From Pyrodictiaceae archaeon (GTDB lineage: Archaea; Thermoproteota; Thermoprotei_A; Sulfolobales; Pyrodictiaceae): DNA of 64,000 nucleotides. The position numbers and the translations under genes were made by a program. Under the pieces are notes generated by a model that was given only the letters and a program-made list of their open reading frames with translations, did not search any database and was not told the origin of the DNA. The stretch is taken from the NCBI GenBank assembly GCA_027036135.1, contig JALVSY010000007.1, forward strand, positions 36,880-100,879. The letters are read 5' to 3'. Each line of letters opens with the position of its first letter. Within the stretch, counting starts at the first letter, position 1. This document shows positions 10,184-18,064 of the stretch, piece by piece.

Positions 10184-10462
10184 CCCCGAGTAGTCTTCTT
10201 CCCCGCCGCATAGTTGCTTTGCTAGCCCTGCTCCCTCCCTGGTGAGCCCGTAGCTCCTCCTCCCAGGGCCATGGCTCTTTTCCCAGGCAAGGCCCATCGC
10301 TACTAGTCTTCTCAGCGCCTTTGGGGCTAGGTCTCTCTTTTCTCTCGGAAGCTTATGTGCTACTGCCTCTAGGGGGACGTGGCAGCTGGTTGAGGAGCCG
10401 CAGTATGATTGGAGTATGCACAGTATTCGTAGGAGCTGCCTCCATGTGGGCTTTGGCACCAC
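10154..10462 (-). CDS. small winged-helix protein with Cys/His motif (copy 2)
   Basis: CILQSYCGSSTSCHVPLEAV...ALRRLVAMGLAWEKSHGPGRRSYGLTREG. Confidence 0.75.
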   Translation of the reverse strand: MVPKPTWRQLLRILCILQSYCGSSTSCHVPLEAVAHKLPREKRDLAPKALRRLVAMGLAWEKSHGPGRRSYGLTREGAGLAKQLCGGEEDYSGSASHASSPL

Positions 10463-10476
10463 CTCCTTCTCCCTGA

Positions 10477-10528
10477 TTCAGACTGAACCACAATGACATT
10501 TTAAACGTTCAGACTGAACATTTATATA
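10477..10528. promoter_or_regulatory. divergent promoter with two copies of a palindromic operator (copy 2)
   Basis: TTCAGACTGAA at 10477-10487 and GTTCAGACTGAAC at 10507-10519, interleaved with TTTTAAA (10499-10505) and TTTATATA (10521-10528). Confidence 0.6.
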
Positions 10529-10550
10529 CCTGTGGTCACCCAAATAATCA

Positions 10551-11042
10551 TTGGTGACAATTGTGGAGACGCTGAGCGTTGAGGAGAGGGAGAGGCTCAT
10601 AGAGGAGCTACGCCGAGAGGCCAGGCCGGAGCCACTGAGGTGGAGGCTCTTCCTAGCGGAGGCTATGAGGACCCGTATGAGGAAGAGGCTGAAGAGCGGC
10701 GAGACCCGGGTCTACGAGGGCTACCGAGTAACCATACCCCTGGAGCTCGCCAAGGAGCTAGGCCTAGACCAGGACCCCGAGCTAGTAGTAGCAATAGCTA
10801 AGCCCAGATGGTACCACGGCATAATCTACGAGGATGCTACCCTCAAGCTCTTCCACAAACTCCCCCCATACGCTAAGGCGGAGATATGCCAACTGGGCCT
10901 CGCTCCCCAAGACATGTGCAGAGAATACAGAACCATAACCGTGGTAGCTAGTGAGGAAGAGCTAAGGAGGCTAGGACTGGAGCCAGGCAAGCCCGTGACA
11001 CTCAGGGAGCTCCTCGAGAAAGCCAAGAACCTCGCAACCTGA
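10551..11042 (+). CDS. AbrB/SpoVT-like protein with extra C-terminal domain (copy 2)
   Basis: SGETRVYEGYRVTIPLELAKELGL...PRWYH...KAEICQLGLAPQDMC...LGLEPGKPVTLRELLE. Confidence 0.75.
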   Translation: MVTIVETLSVEERERLIEELRREARPEPLRWRLFLAEAMRTRMRKRLKSGETRVYEGYRVTIPLELAKELGLDQDPELVVAIAKPRWYHGIIYEDATLKLFHKLPPYAKAEICQLGLAPQDMCREYRTITVVASEEELRRLGLEPGKPVTLRELLEKAKNLAT

Positions 11043-11379
11043 TCCCTCTCCGCAGCAAAGATATGCATTAGCCGAAGTAGTCGAGGAAGCTGCAACGCCT
11101 ACCCATGGCCCCTAGCCAGAGCCTCCGAAGAGCCCATAGCCCTTGGGCGCGTATTTCTCCATGTACCCTACATACCAGCTTATCCGGTTACCGCTGTTCC
11201 CGATACCACCCTTAGTGGCTAGGAGCATGCATGTAGAGCATACCCTCATTGAATCTCCACTGGTATAGAGGTGGGCCTCTTGTATCCCAGGGGTACACAA
11301 GGTAACACTTTCTCCTAGAAACAATGGATGCGATAACACCTAGGCACAGATAACGAGGTACCCTAGAGCCCCATGAATA

Positions 11380-11388
11380 CAAAGAAAT
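11380..11388 (-). terminator. U-rich end of the putative rod RNA
   Basis: Minus strand reads ATTTCTTTG a few nt after the outer stem closes; archaeal intrinsic termination uses oligo-U. Confidence 0.35.
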
Positions 11389-11392
11389 GCGG

Positions 11393-13293
11393 GAGGAGCC
11401 CACCCCTAACCACACAGAGAGACCCAAATCAAGCCCTGGAAGCCCCTCCCCAGGGAACCCCTTCTCTCGGGGAAGGCGGCCGGCCAACCCCGAGGGGCGG
11501 GCCCCCCGGGCCCGGAAAGAGAGCCACGCATCTGGGAACCCTTGTTCTCCCCCAAGCACCCAGAGAGACACGCCCCGGGAAACCAGGCGGCCACAGAGCC
11601 CCCGCCAGGCCAAGGAGCCCGGTTCCCAGCGCCGAAGAAGACACCAGGAGAGCCCCGAGCCCAGGGACACTGCCCAGGCCCCACGGGAAGAGACCCCTAA
11701 AGTAGGAGCCCGCCACAGCGGAGGCCAATGCCAGTCCCTAAGGCCCACCCTCTCCCACGGCACGGAGGGGCAGGCCCAGCAAGCCCTAGGAATCCCCGAG
11801 TCCCCCGGAGCACCCCAAGGAACCAGGGGCTACGGCGAACCAGCGGCCCCTGGGCCTCCCCGCGGCTAGAGCCCCAAGGCACCCTAGAAGGCACCAGGGA
11901 AGCGATGACCATCCCCAGCCGCCTCAGGGATGCGTGCCAACACCACCTCGGGCCCTGGGACATCTAGGCCAGCTGGCACAGCCCCAGCCCACGGGGTGGT
12001 AGCGGAGCAACCTCTCGTCGAAGATGCGCGTCCCATGGCCCCGGCCAAGGACCTCTACCCCAAGGCTTTCGCGGAGCCCTGGCAGCCTCCGCGATACGGC
12101 CTGGGCAGAGCCCCGTAGAGTCTCTCGGTGCCGCCAGAGACCCCCAGGGCCGAGACCTAGCGGCCCTGGAAACCTTGCTCCGTCGAGGAGAACCCCTCCC
12201 AAGCACTGCTGCCAAGAGGCGAACAGCTGTTATAAGCCCCTCATGCGGTTGCCGAAAAAGTCCCCGGCCCGAAGCGGCGCTCCCAAGGACCCGGCCCAGG
12301 AGGTGAATCCTCCCCGGGCACCCTCTAGGGATCCAAGGGGCTCTCCTATACACCGAGGCTCATGCGGCCTCGGCGGAGGCCCTCCGGGGTCCCTAGAGGG
12401 CTTGGTCCCTGAGGCGCCTTGGGCCAGGGGCTTTCGGCAACCGCGTACTAGTGGATTAGCTTCGGGGCCTAGCGCGGGAGGGTTCTCCTCAACGGAGCCG
12501 TGGCACATTGCTATCATATTATTGCCGGGAATCCCTGGTAGCACCGAGAGACTCCACAAGGCCCATGCCCAGGCCTCTAAGGCAGCGGGGGCTGCCGGGC
12601 CCTACTCGCCTTGGGGCAAGAGCCCTTGATCGGAGCCAGGGGCGCTTGTTCCTCGGCGAAGAGGTTGCTCCTCCCCCGGAGCCGGGGCTATGTCAGCCAG
12701 CCTGGTCTCGGGGCTTCGAGGGTGAGCTGACACGCGCCCCCTGAGACGGCGGGGATGGTCCCTGGGTGCCTCCTTGGGGTGCCCTGGAGCACCTAGCCGC
12801 AGAGGGAGACATAGAGGGCCTAGCTAGCCCGCCGTTAAGCCCCTGGTCCCTGGGGTGCTTTCCCGGGGGTCCTCGGAGGAATCCCTGGCTCGCTGGGCCC
12901 CCTTGGTTCCTCCGCGCCGTGGGATGCTGATTGGTGGGCTTGGGCCCGGCTTGGTCTCCATGCCGTGGCGGGTCCCGGTGCCCTCCCCGCGGAGGCCTCT
13001 CTTGGTTCCTGGGTCTCGGGGCTCTCCTGGTGCTCTCGGCGCTGGCTAGGCACTGTGCTCCCTGGCCTAGCAAGGGCCTGTAACCAACCTGGTTTTCCTC
13101 GGAGCGCGTCTCTCTGGGTGCATCACCCCCGTGCGTGGCTCTCTTTGAGGATCCTCAGGGCCCACCCTCCCCGCGGGACTCTTCCTTCCCCGAGAGGGGG
13201 TCCCGGGGCGGGCGGGGTCCAGGGCTCCCTGCTCCCAGGAGGCAGGCTGGCTCCTCCTGGGAGAGGGGCTGTGTGGCTAGGGGTGGGCTCCCC
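11393..13293 (-). ncRNA. candidate ~1.9-kb rod-shaped (fold-back) non-coding RNA
   Basis: Nested imperfect inverted repeats from the outer stem 11393-11417/13269-13293 to an apex near 12362; mismatches mostly G-U on the minus strand; no credible protein ORF. Confidence 0.6.
11393..13293. repeat. giant imperfect inverted repeat (two ~950-bp arms)
   Basis: Examples: 11642 CACCAGGAGAGCCCCGAG vs 13015 CTCGGGGCTCTCCTGGTG; 12118 GAGTCTCTCGGTGC vs 12541 GCACCGAGAGACTC; 12245 GCGGTTGCCGAAA vs 12432 TTTCGGCAACCGC. Confidence 0.95.
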
Positions 13294-13324
13294 TTTAGGC
13301 CTCCTTTCTACTGTTTTGATAGTG

Positions 13325-13331
13325 CTTTAAG
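13325..13331 (-). promoter_or_regulatory. TATA-like box for the putative rod RNA
   Basis: Minus-strand CTTAAAG in the only AT-rich patch, about 30 nt upstream of the outer stem. Confidence 0.4.
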
Positions 13332-13506
13332 AGTTAGGGGGTATGAGGAGTGCTGGGTTCTCTCGCGGTTTCTTGGTGCGCGACGTGCCCGGTGGTGTAG
13401 GGGTGGTGCGGGGAGAAGGAGTGCTATGTACGGAGGGGCTTCGGGGCGCGGTGTTGCTTCCTGGTTCGAGGGGAGCATTGTTTCCCTGTCTTGGCTCCCC
13501 GTGGGG

Positions 13507-13896
13507 CTAGGTGAGGGCTTTTCCTGTCTCCTGCCTCATGTGCGGGGGTGCTCCGTCGTGGCCGTCTAGGTGTCTGCGTAGATAATCTGCTACCTCTTTT
13601 ACCTCGTCTAGGCTCACTGTGAAGAAGTACTTGTTCTCGATGTAGAGCGTGGCGGCCTCGCGAGTAGTGTCTACTAGTTGGTCTAGGCACTCGTCGCTCT
13701 CTAGGCACTCCTTTATAGCTTCCAGGCCTAGCTCGGAGGCCACGAAGCTATAGGTCTCCATCACTGCTAGCTCCATGCCCACGAGTGCTAGGAGTTCCTC
13801 CCCCAGCTCCTCTTCCTCGACGCAGAGGTCCCCAGCCTCCCTGCACACTAGGCTCGCTACTAGCCTCGGCGAGTACCTACCCAGTGGCTCCACCAT
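13507..13896 (-). CDS. acidic hypothetical protein, possibly the C-terminal remnant of a longer gene
   Basis: 129-aa ORF with host-like codon style; the same frame continues upstream past a TAA at about 13903. Confidence 0.55.
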   Translation of the reverse strand: MVEPLGRYSPRLVASLVCREAGDLCVEEEELGEELLALVGMELAVMETYSFVASELGLEAIKECLESDECLDQLVDTTREAATLYIENKYFFTVSLDEVKEVADYLRRHLDGHDGAPPHMRQETGKALT

Positions 13897-14220
13897 ACCC
13901 GGTTACACCCTCTGGAGTAGCCGCTCCCCAGGTAATACTTCTCGTAGTGCTATGTGATACGGTTTCTGGTTCGCTTCCCTATACACTACTCTACTTTATT
14001 GTTTGCCACGCCCCTACCAAGGACATCACCCAGAAGCACTCATCAACCCGAATCCAGGCACTATGCCCGGGTTTACGCCATGCAGAGATACTTCCTAACC
14101 ACGTATTTACTCCATGCACAGAGCCGTAGATGTCTCAGCGTCTCTGAAGACGTCGTCTCCTAGGACGAAAACCATTCATAAATGTGCTTGTTGGGTTCTC
14201 TAAGGGCTGGTTTTTCTCTC

Positions 14221-14664
14221 CTAGCGTATGAGTAGGTTGCTTGTGTCTAGGCCCTTTGTCTCTAGGAACTCTACTAGTTTCCTATCGCGTGTGACTAGGA
14301 TCGCGTCTTCGTGGAGGGCTGTAGCGTAGAGTATACAGTCAAAGATATCGGGGTGCCCAAGTGCCTTCAGCTTAATCGCGGTCTTGATGTGCTCTATACG
14401 GGGCTGTATAAGCCCCACATCAACTTCTAGGAGTAATGCGATCAAGGCCTCGGACGCGGGCTCGGGTACCTCGCGGAGCCCTTGCTTCATCATCTCCTTT
14501 GCTATCTTTGCTGCGAGTTCGGGTAGGAGCAGGATAGGGTAATAGATATCTGCGCCTAGCTCTTCTCTTAGCCTGGCTACGTCCCTGGCTTCTAGTCCTT
14601 GTACCTTTATACCGAAGAATGGTAAAAGATAAGTGGTATCGATAACGGCCTTTCTTCTCTGCAA
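14221..14664 (-). CDS. vapC: VapC/PIN toxin
   Basis: VIDTTYLLP...HPDIFDCILYATA...LVTRD. Confidence 0.85.
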   Translation of the reverse strand: MQRRKAVIDTTYLLPFFGIKVQGLEARDVARLREELGADIYYPILLLPELAAKIAKEMMKQGLREVPEPASEALIALLLEVDVGLIQPRIEHIKTAIKLKALGHPDIFDCILYATALHEDAILVTRDRKLVEFLETKGLDTSNLLIR

Positions 14665-14667
14665 GGC

Positions 14668-14904
14668 CTACTGGTCCTCCTCGCTTATCCTGGTAAGTTC
14701 CTCGCTCTCCTCCTCGAACTCCTCCACGGTTGTCTCAGCCCAGTAGCTCCTCTCCTTGAATAGGCGGGGGAGGGGGCGAAGCACTAGCTCGTTTCCACGG
14801 ATGCTAAGTAATAGTCTGTCGCCTTCGCGTAGCCCTAATTTCTCAACAATCTCCTTTGGGAGATAAAGCGCATATTTCCGGCCAACCCGGATAACCAGGC
14901 TCAA
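14668..14904 (-). CDS. vapB: AbrB/MazE-type antitoxin
   Basis: RVGRKYALYLPKEIVEKLGLREGD; upstream of PIN gene. Confidence 0.85.
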   Translation of the reverse strand: MSLVIRVGRKYALYLPKEIVEKLGLREGDRLLLSIRGNELVLRPLPRLFKERSYWAETTVEEFEEESEELTRISEEDQ

Positions 14905-15117
14905 CCCGGCAGCCCAACTAGTTACCTAGTAGACAAGGATACAGATATACTATGTTGCGCACTCGGAAACTAGTACGCGAAATGCACGAATAAGTCACGA
15001 GCAATTAACTAGAGGTAAGGAATAGAGACGCCTCAAGCCAATACAGCTTGCAGCCCAGGAGGCCTTGTAATTAACCGTGGTTTATATTGTATAGATTACC
15101 GGGGTGCTGGGTTCTCC

Positions 15118-16149
15118 TTGACTAAGCCTAGGCCCGGTGTCCTCGAGTCCCTGTTCACCCTGCTCAGTTCGCGGGACCCGAGCGTGGTTGTTGGCCCGGG
15201 TATCGGGGAGGATGCCGCGGTCATAGAGCTTGACGAGGCCCGTGTCCTTGTTACCCACGTTGACCCGGTTACCGGGGCCTCCAGGCTCCTCGGATGGCTG
15301 GGAGTCCATGTAGCCGCTAACGATGTCGCTGCTACTGGTGCTCGTCCCCGCTGGCTCCTCGTAACCCTGCTGGTGCCTAGCGGCTCGGGCCCCGAGGCAA
15401 TAGAGGCTGTTATGCGTGACGCGGCCCGCGCAGCCAGGGAGCTCGGGGCAAGCATTGTCGGTGGCCACACGGAGTACGCTCCTGGGGTGGAGAAGCCAGT
15501 GATAGTCGTGACAGCCATTGGTGTAGCGGGGAGGGACTCCTTTGTAGCGACGCGTGGCGCGAGGCCCGGTGACGCAGTGGTACTGACCAAGTACGCAGCG
15601 ATGGAGGCAGCCGCTGTGCTCGCGACTGATTACGCAGAGGAGCTCCGGAGAAGGGGAGTCGGCGAGGAGGTGCTACGGGAAGCTGCTAGGCTACAGGAGA
15701 TGGTGAGCGTGGTGCCGGAGGCACTACTACTCTCTGAGAGCAAGCTAGCAAGCTCTATGCATGACCCGACCGAGGGAGGAGTACTCGGGGGCGCAGCAGA
15801 GATAGCCTATGCCTCGGGGACCACGATAAGGCTCTATGAGGAAAAGATACCCCTGCACCCAGCCGCCAAGGAAGTCCTAGAGGCGATGAGTCTGGACCCG
15901 CTGCGCTCCCTTAGCTCCGGGGCACTCCTAGCAACAATTCCGCGGGCAAAGCTAGGAGAAGCCCTCATGAGGCTAGAGGATATCGGGGTAAGAGCCACAG
16001 TCATAGGCGAGGTGATAGAGTACAACGGTTACCTAGTAGAGCTGCACCGTGTCAACGGCGTAGTTGAGACCCTGGAGGAGCCCTATGTAGAGGACGAGGT
16101 CATGAAGCTCTGGGAGAAGAGAGGTGGGCAAGAAGATAAGGCTAAGTAG
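15118..16149 (+). CDS. AIR-synthase-related protein (HypE/ThiL/PurM superfamily)
   Basis: GPGIGEDAAV, VAANDVA, IVGGHTE, MHDPTEGG. Confidence 0.88.
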   Translation: MTKPRPGVLESLFTLLSSRDPSVVVGPGIGEDAAVIELDEARVLVTHVDPVTGASRLLGWLGVHVAANDVAATGARPRWLLVTLLVPSGSGPEAIEAVMRDAARAARELGASIVGGHTEYAPGVEKPVIVVTAIGVAGRDSFVATRGARPGDAVVLTKYAAMEAAAVLATDYAEELRRRGVGEEVLREAARLQEMVSVVPEALLLSESKLASSMHDPTEGGVLGGAAEIAYASGTTIRLYEEKIPLHPAAKEVLEAMSLDPLRSLSSGALLATIPRAKLGEALMRLEDIGVRATVIGEVIEYNGYLVELHRVNGVVETLEEPYVEDEVMKLWEKRGGQEDKAK

Positions 16150-16384
16150 CCCGATAAACACGATATATCAATCGAGCAGGGGCAGCGACTAGTAGGGATC
16201 ACGGTGCTAGGGATTGTAAGCGATTACTGAAGCCCCCTAGGCTAAAGTAACTCTATTCGAATCTCAGCGTTAATTTCTCGGACAAGCCTCTTAATTAACA
16301 TGAGACTAGGATAGCTTTGCCTACACCTCTCTTAACCAGGTACTCGGAGAAGCGGATTCTTACCAGGAAGAGAACTATGGGGAT

Positions 16385-17050
16385 CTAGGTGCTTAGCTTC
16401 TCTACTAGTTCTTGTAGTTTTTTCTTCGCGTTTCCTAGTACTGGGTCTCCGTGGCTTGGTAGGAGGTGCTTGAAGCTGTAGCCTAGTAGGCTTCTTATCG
16501 ACTCCCTGTTCCTATCGGGGTCCATGGAGTAGTGCCTGGGGATTTCGTGGAGTTCTCCGTTCTTCTCGTATACGAGGTCTCCGGTGAACAATGCCTCTCT
16601 CCCGGGGTCTAGTAGCGCTATGTGGCCGGGTGTGTGCCCCGGGGTGTGTATCACTAGTAGACCCTTGACCGTGGAGTTGTGCTCGAGGAGGATATCTGGC
16701 CTGATACCCGTTGCTCTCTCGATGAGCGGTGCCTCGTCGCGATGAGCTGCTACTCGTGCCCCAGTGGCTTCTCTTATCCTCTGGAGCCCGTCTACGTGGT
16801 CGTAGTGGTGATGAGTAATGATTACCAGCTCTACGCTGCTCGGGCTAATCCCTGTTCTCTCGAGGTATCTTAGCACGGGGTCACCGTTGATACCGGCATC
16901 TATTAGTACGAGGGAGCCCTGTGTCTCCACGAGATAGGTGTTCACGAACTCGTCTCTAACAAGGTGGACTCCGGGAAGGACTTGCACACCAAGACCCCCG
17001 GCAAGGAATAAAGATGAGTAGTCCCTTGTCTCTTCTTCGCCGCTTCTCAT
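16385..17050 (-). CDS. MBL-fold metallo-hydrolase
   Basis: THHHYDHVDG, HTPGHTPGH, LFTGD, PSHG. Confidence 0.88.
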   Translation of the reverse strand: MRSGEEETRDYSSLFLAGGLGVQVLPGVHLVRDEFVNTYLVETQGSLVLIDAGINGDPVLRYLERTGISPSSVELVIITHHHYDHVDGLQRIREATGARVAAHRDEAPLIERATGIRPDILLEHNSTVKGLLVIHTPGHTPGHIALLDPGREALFTGDLVYEKNGELHEIPRHYSMDPDRNRESIRSLLGYSFKHLLPSHGDPVLGNAKKKLQELVEKLST

Positions 17051-18054
17051 TGCCCCGGGTTTTGTATCATTGTCTCTATTGTTGCTTTTCTTCCCTCTAG
17101 CTTGCCTCTTCCCTCTAGGCGGAGCACTGCTCTGTCTCCCTGCCTCTCTACGTAGAGGTCTACTACGCGTATTGGCTCGTGGCCTAGTTCTCGTAGCCTC
17201 TCTACGCCGCGGTACTGTGGCTTGGCGAGCGCCGCTGCCACTGCTACTACTTCGTAGCCGTTCTCCTCGAGTAGCTTTGTTAGTGCTATAGCGGTGCCCC
17301 CGGTCGAGACAGTGTCGTCAACTATCGCTATCCTCTTATATTTCTCTGTGAGCCCGTATACATGGTATTCTCCCTCCTCGTAGCCCGAGGCATAGCTAGC
17401 TACTAGTCCCGGGGCCTCGTATCTCCTCTTGCGCACAATTATCATTGGTGCTACTAGTTGCTGTGCTACCAGGGTTCCTAGGGGTAGGCCTAGGGCCTCG
17501 GGTACTAGTACTGCGTCTGGCTCTAGGGGCTCTAGCTCCTCTGCCAAGTAGTCTGCAAGGAGTTGTAGGAGGAGGGGCTCTATTACCGGTATGTCATCGG
17601 TTACTGGGTTAATTACGTAGAGGTACTCGCTTAGCCCAGCATACCCCTTCCTCGGCACCACGACGGCTTCCTGGAACGCCTTGACTAGGAGGCGCCATAG
17701 CTCCTCGTCTCGTGCATCGGCCACGGGGTTGTGGAAGCACCTCTTAGCACCGGTGTGGCAGACGGGGCCGCTGGGCAATCCCTCGTAGATCAGGGCGTCT
17801 AGGTCGCAGTCAGCTATGACGCGTAGCACCCGTATCTTGTTCCCGCTCGTCTCCCCCTTCATCCATAGCCTTTTCCTGCTCCGTGAATAGAACCATGCAT
17901 AGCCGGTCTCTAGGGTTTTCTTCACGGCTTCGCGGTTAGCGTAGGCCTGCATGAGGGGCTTCTTGGAGACAGCGTCCACGACTACTACGGGTACTAGGCC
18001 CCCCATCTTCCCATAGTCTATCTCGTCGGGGCTCCTTATCTCCCTCAGGGCCAT
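17047..18054 (-). CDS. hisI: phosphoribosyl-AMP cyclohydrolase fused to a type I phosphoribosyltransferase domain
   Basis: YSRSR..LWMKGETSG, DCDLD, CHTG..CF, followed by a PRTase domain with PRPP motif IAIVDDTVSTGGT. Confidence 0.88.
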   Translation of the reverse strand: MALREIRSPDEIDYGKMGGLVPVVVVDAVSKKPLMQAYANREAVKKTLETGYAWFYSRSRKRLWMKGETSGNKIRVLRVIADCDLDALIYEGLPSGPVCHTGAKRCFHNPVADARDEELWRLLVKAFQEAVVVPRKGYAGLSEYLYVINPVTDDIPVIEPLLLQLLADYLAEELEPLEPDAVLVPEALGLPLGTLVAQQLVAPMIIVRKRRYEAPGLVASYASGYEEGEYHVYGLTEKYKRIAIVDDTVSTGGTAIALTKLLEENGYEVVAVAAALAKPQYRGVERLRELGHEPIRVVDLYVERQGDRAVLRLEGRGKLEGRKATIETMIQNPGQ

Positions 18055-18064
18055 GACGCCTGGT

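Noticed and set aside
13152-13158. Minus-strand CUGAGGA resembling a hammerhead core
   Set aside because: No suitably placed GAAA or stem II found; the motif is part of a local TGAGGATCCTCA palindrome
11393-13293. rRNA, RNase P, SRP RNA or CRISPR explanation for the structured region
   Set aside because: No universal rRNA, RNase P or SRP motifs recognised, and no regularly spaced direct repeats
11393-13293. Assembly fold-back artefact
   Set aside because: The arms differ by many substitutions, indels and arm-specific hairpins, whereas an artefact would be near-identical. Read-level confirmation is still advisable.
11212-13569. About 25 overlapping ORFs on both strands in the GC-rich block
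   Set aside because: P/G/R/S-rich with no motifs. ORFs 11387 and 12835 share HQESPE only because of the inverted repeat. Expected from stop-poor GC-rich DNA.
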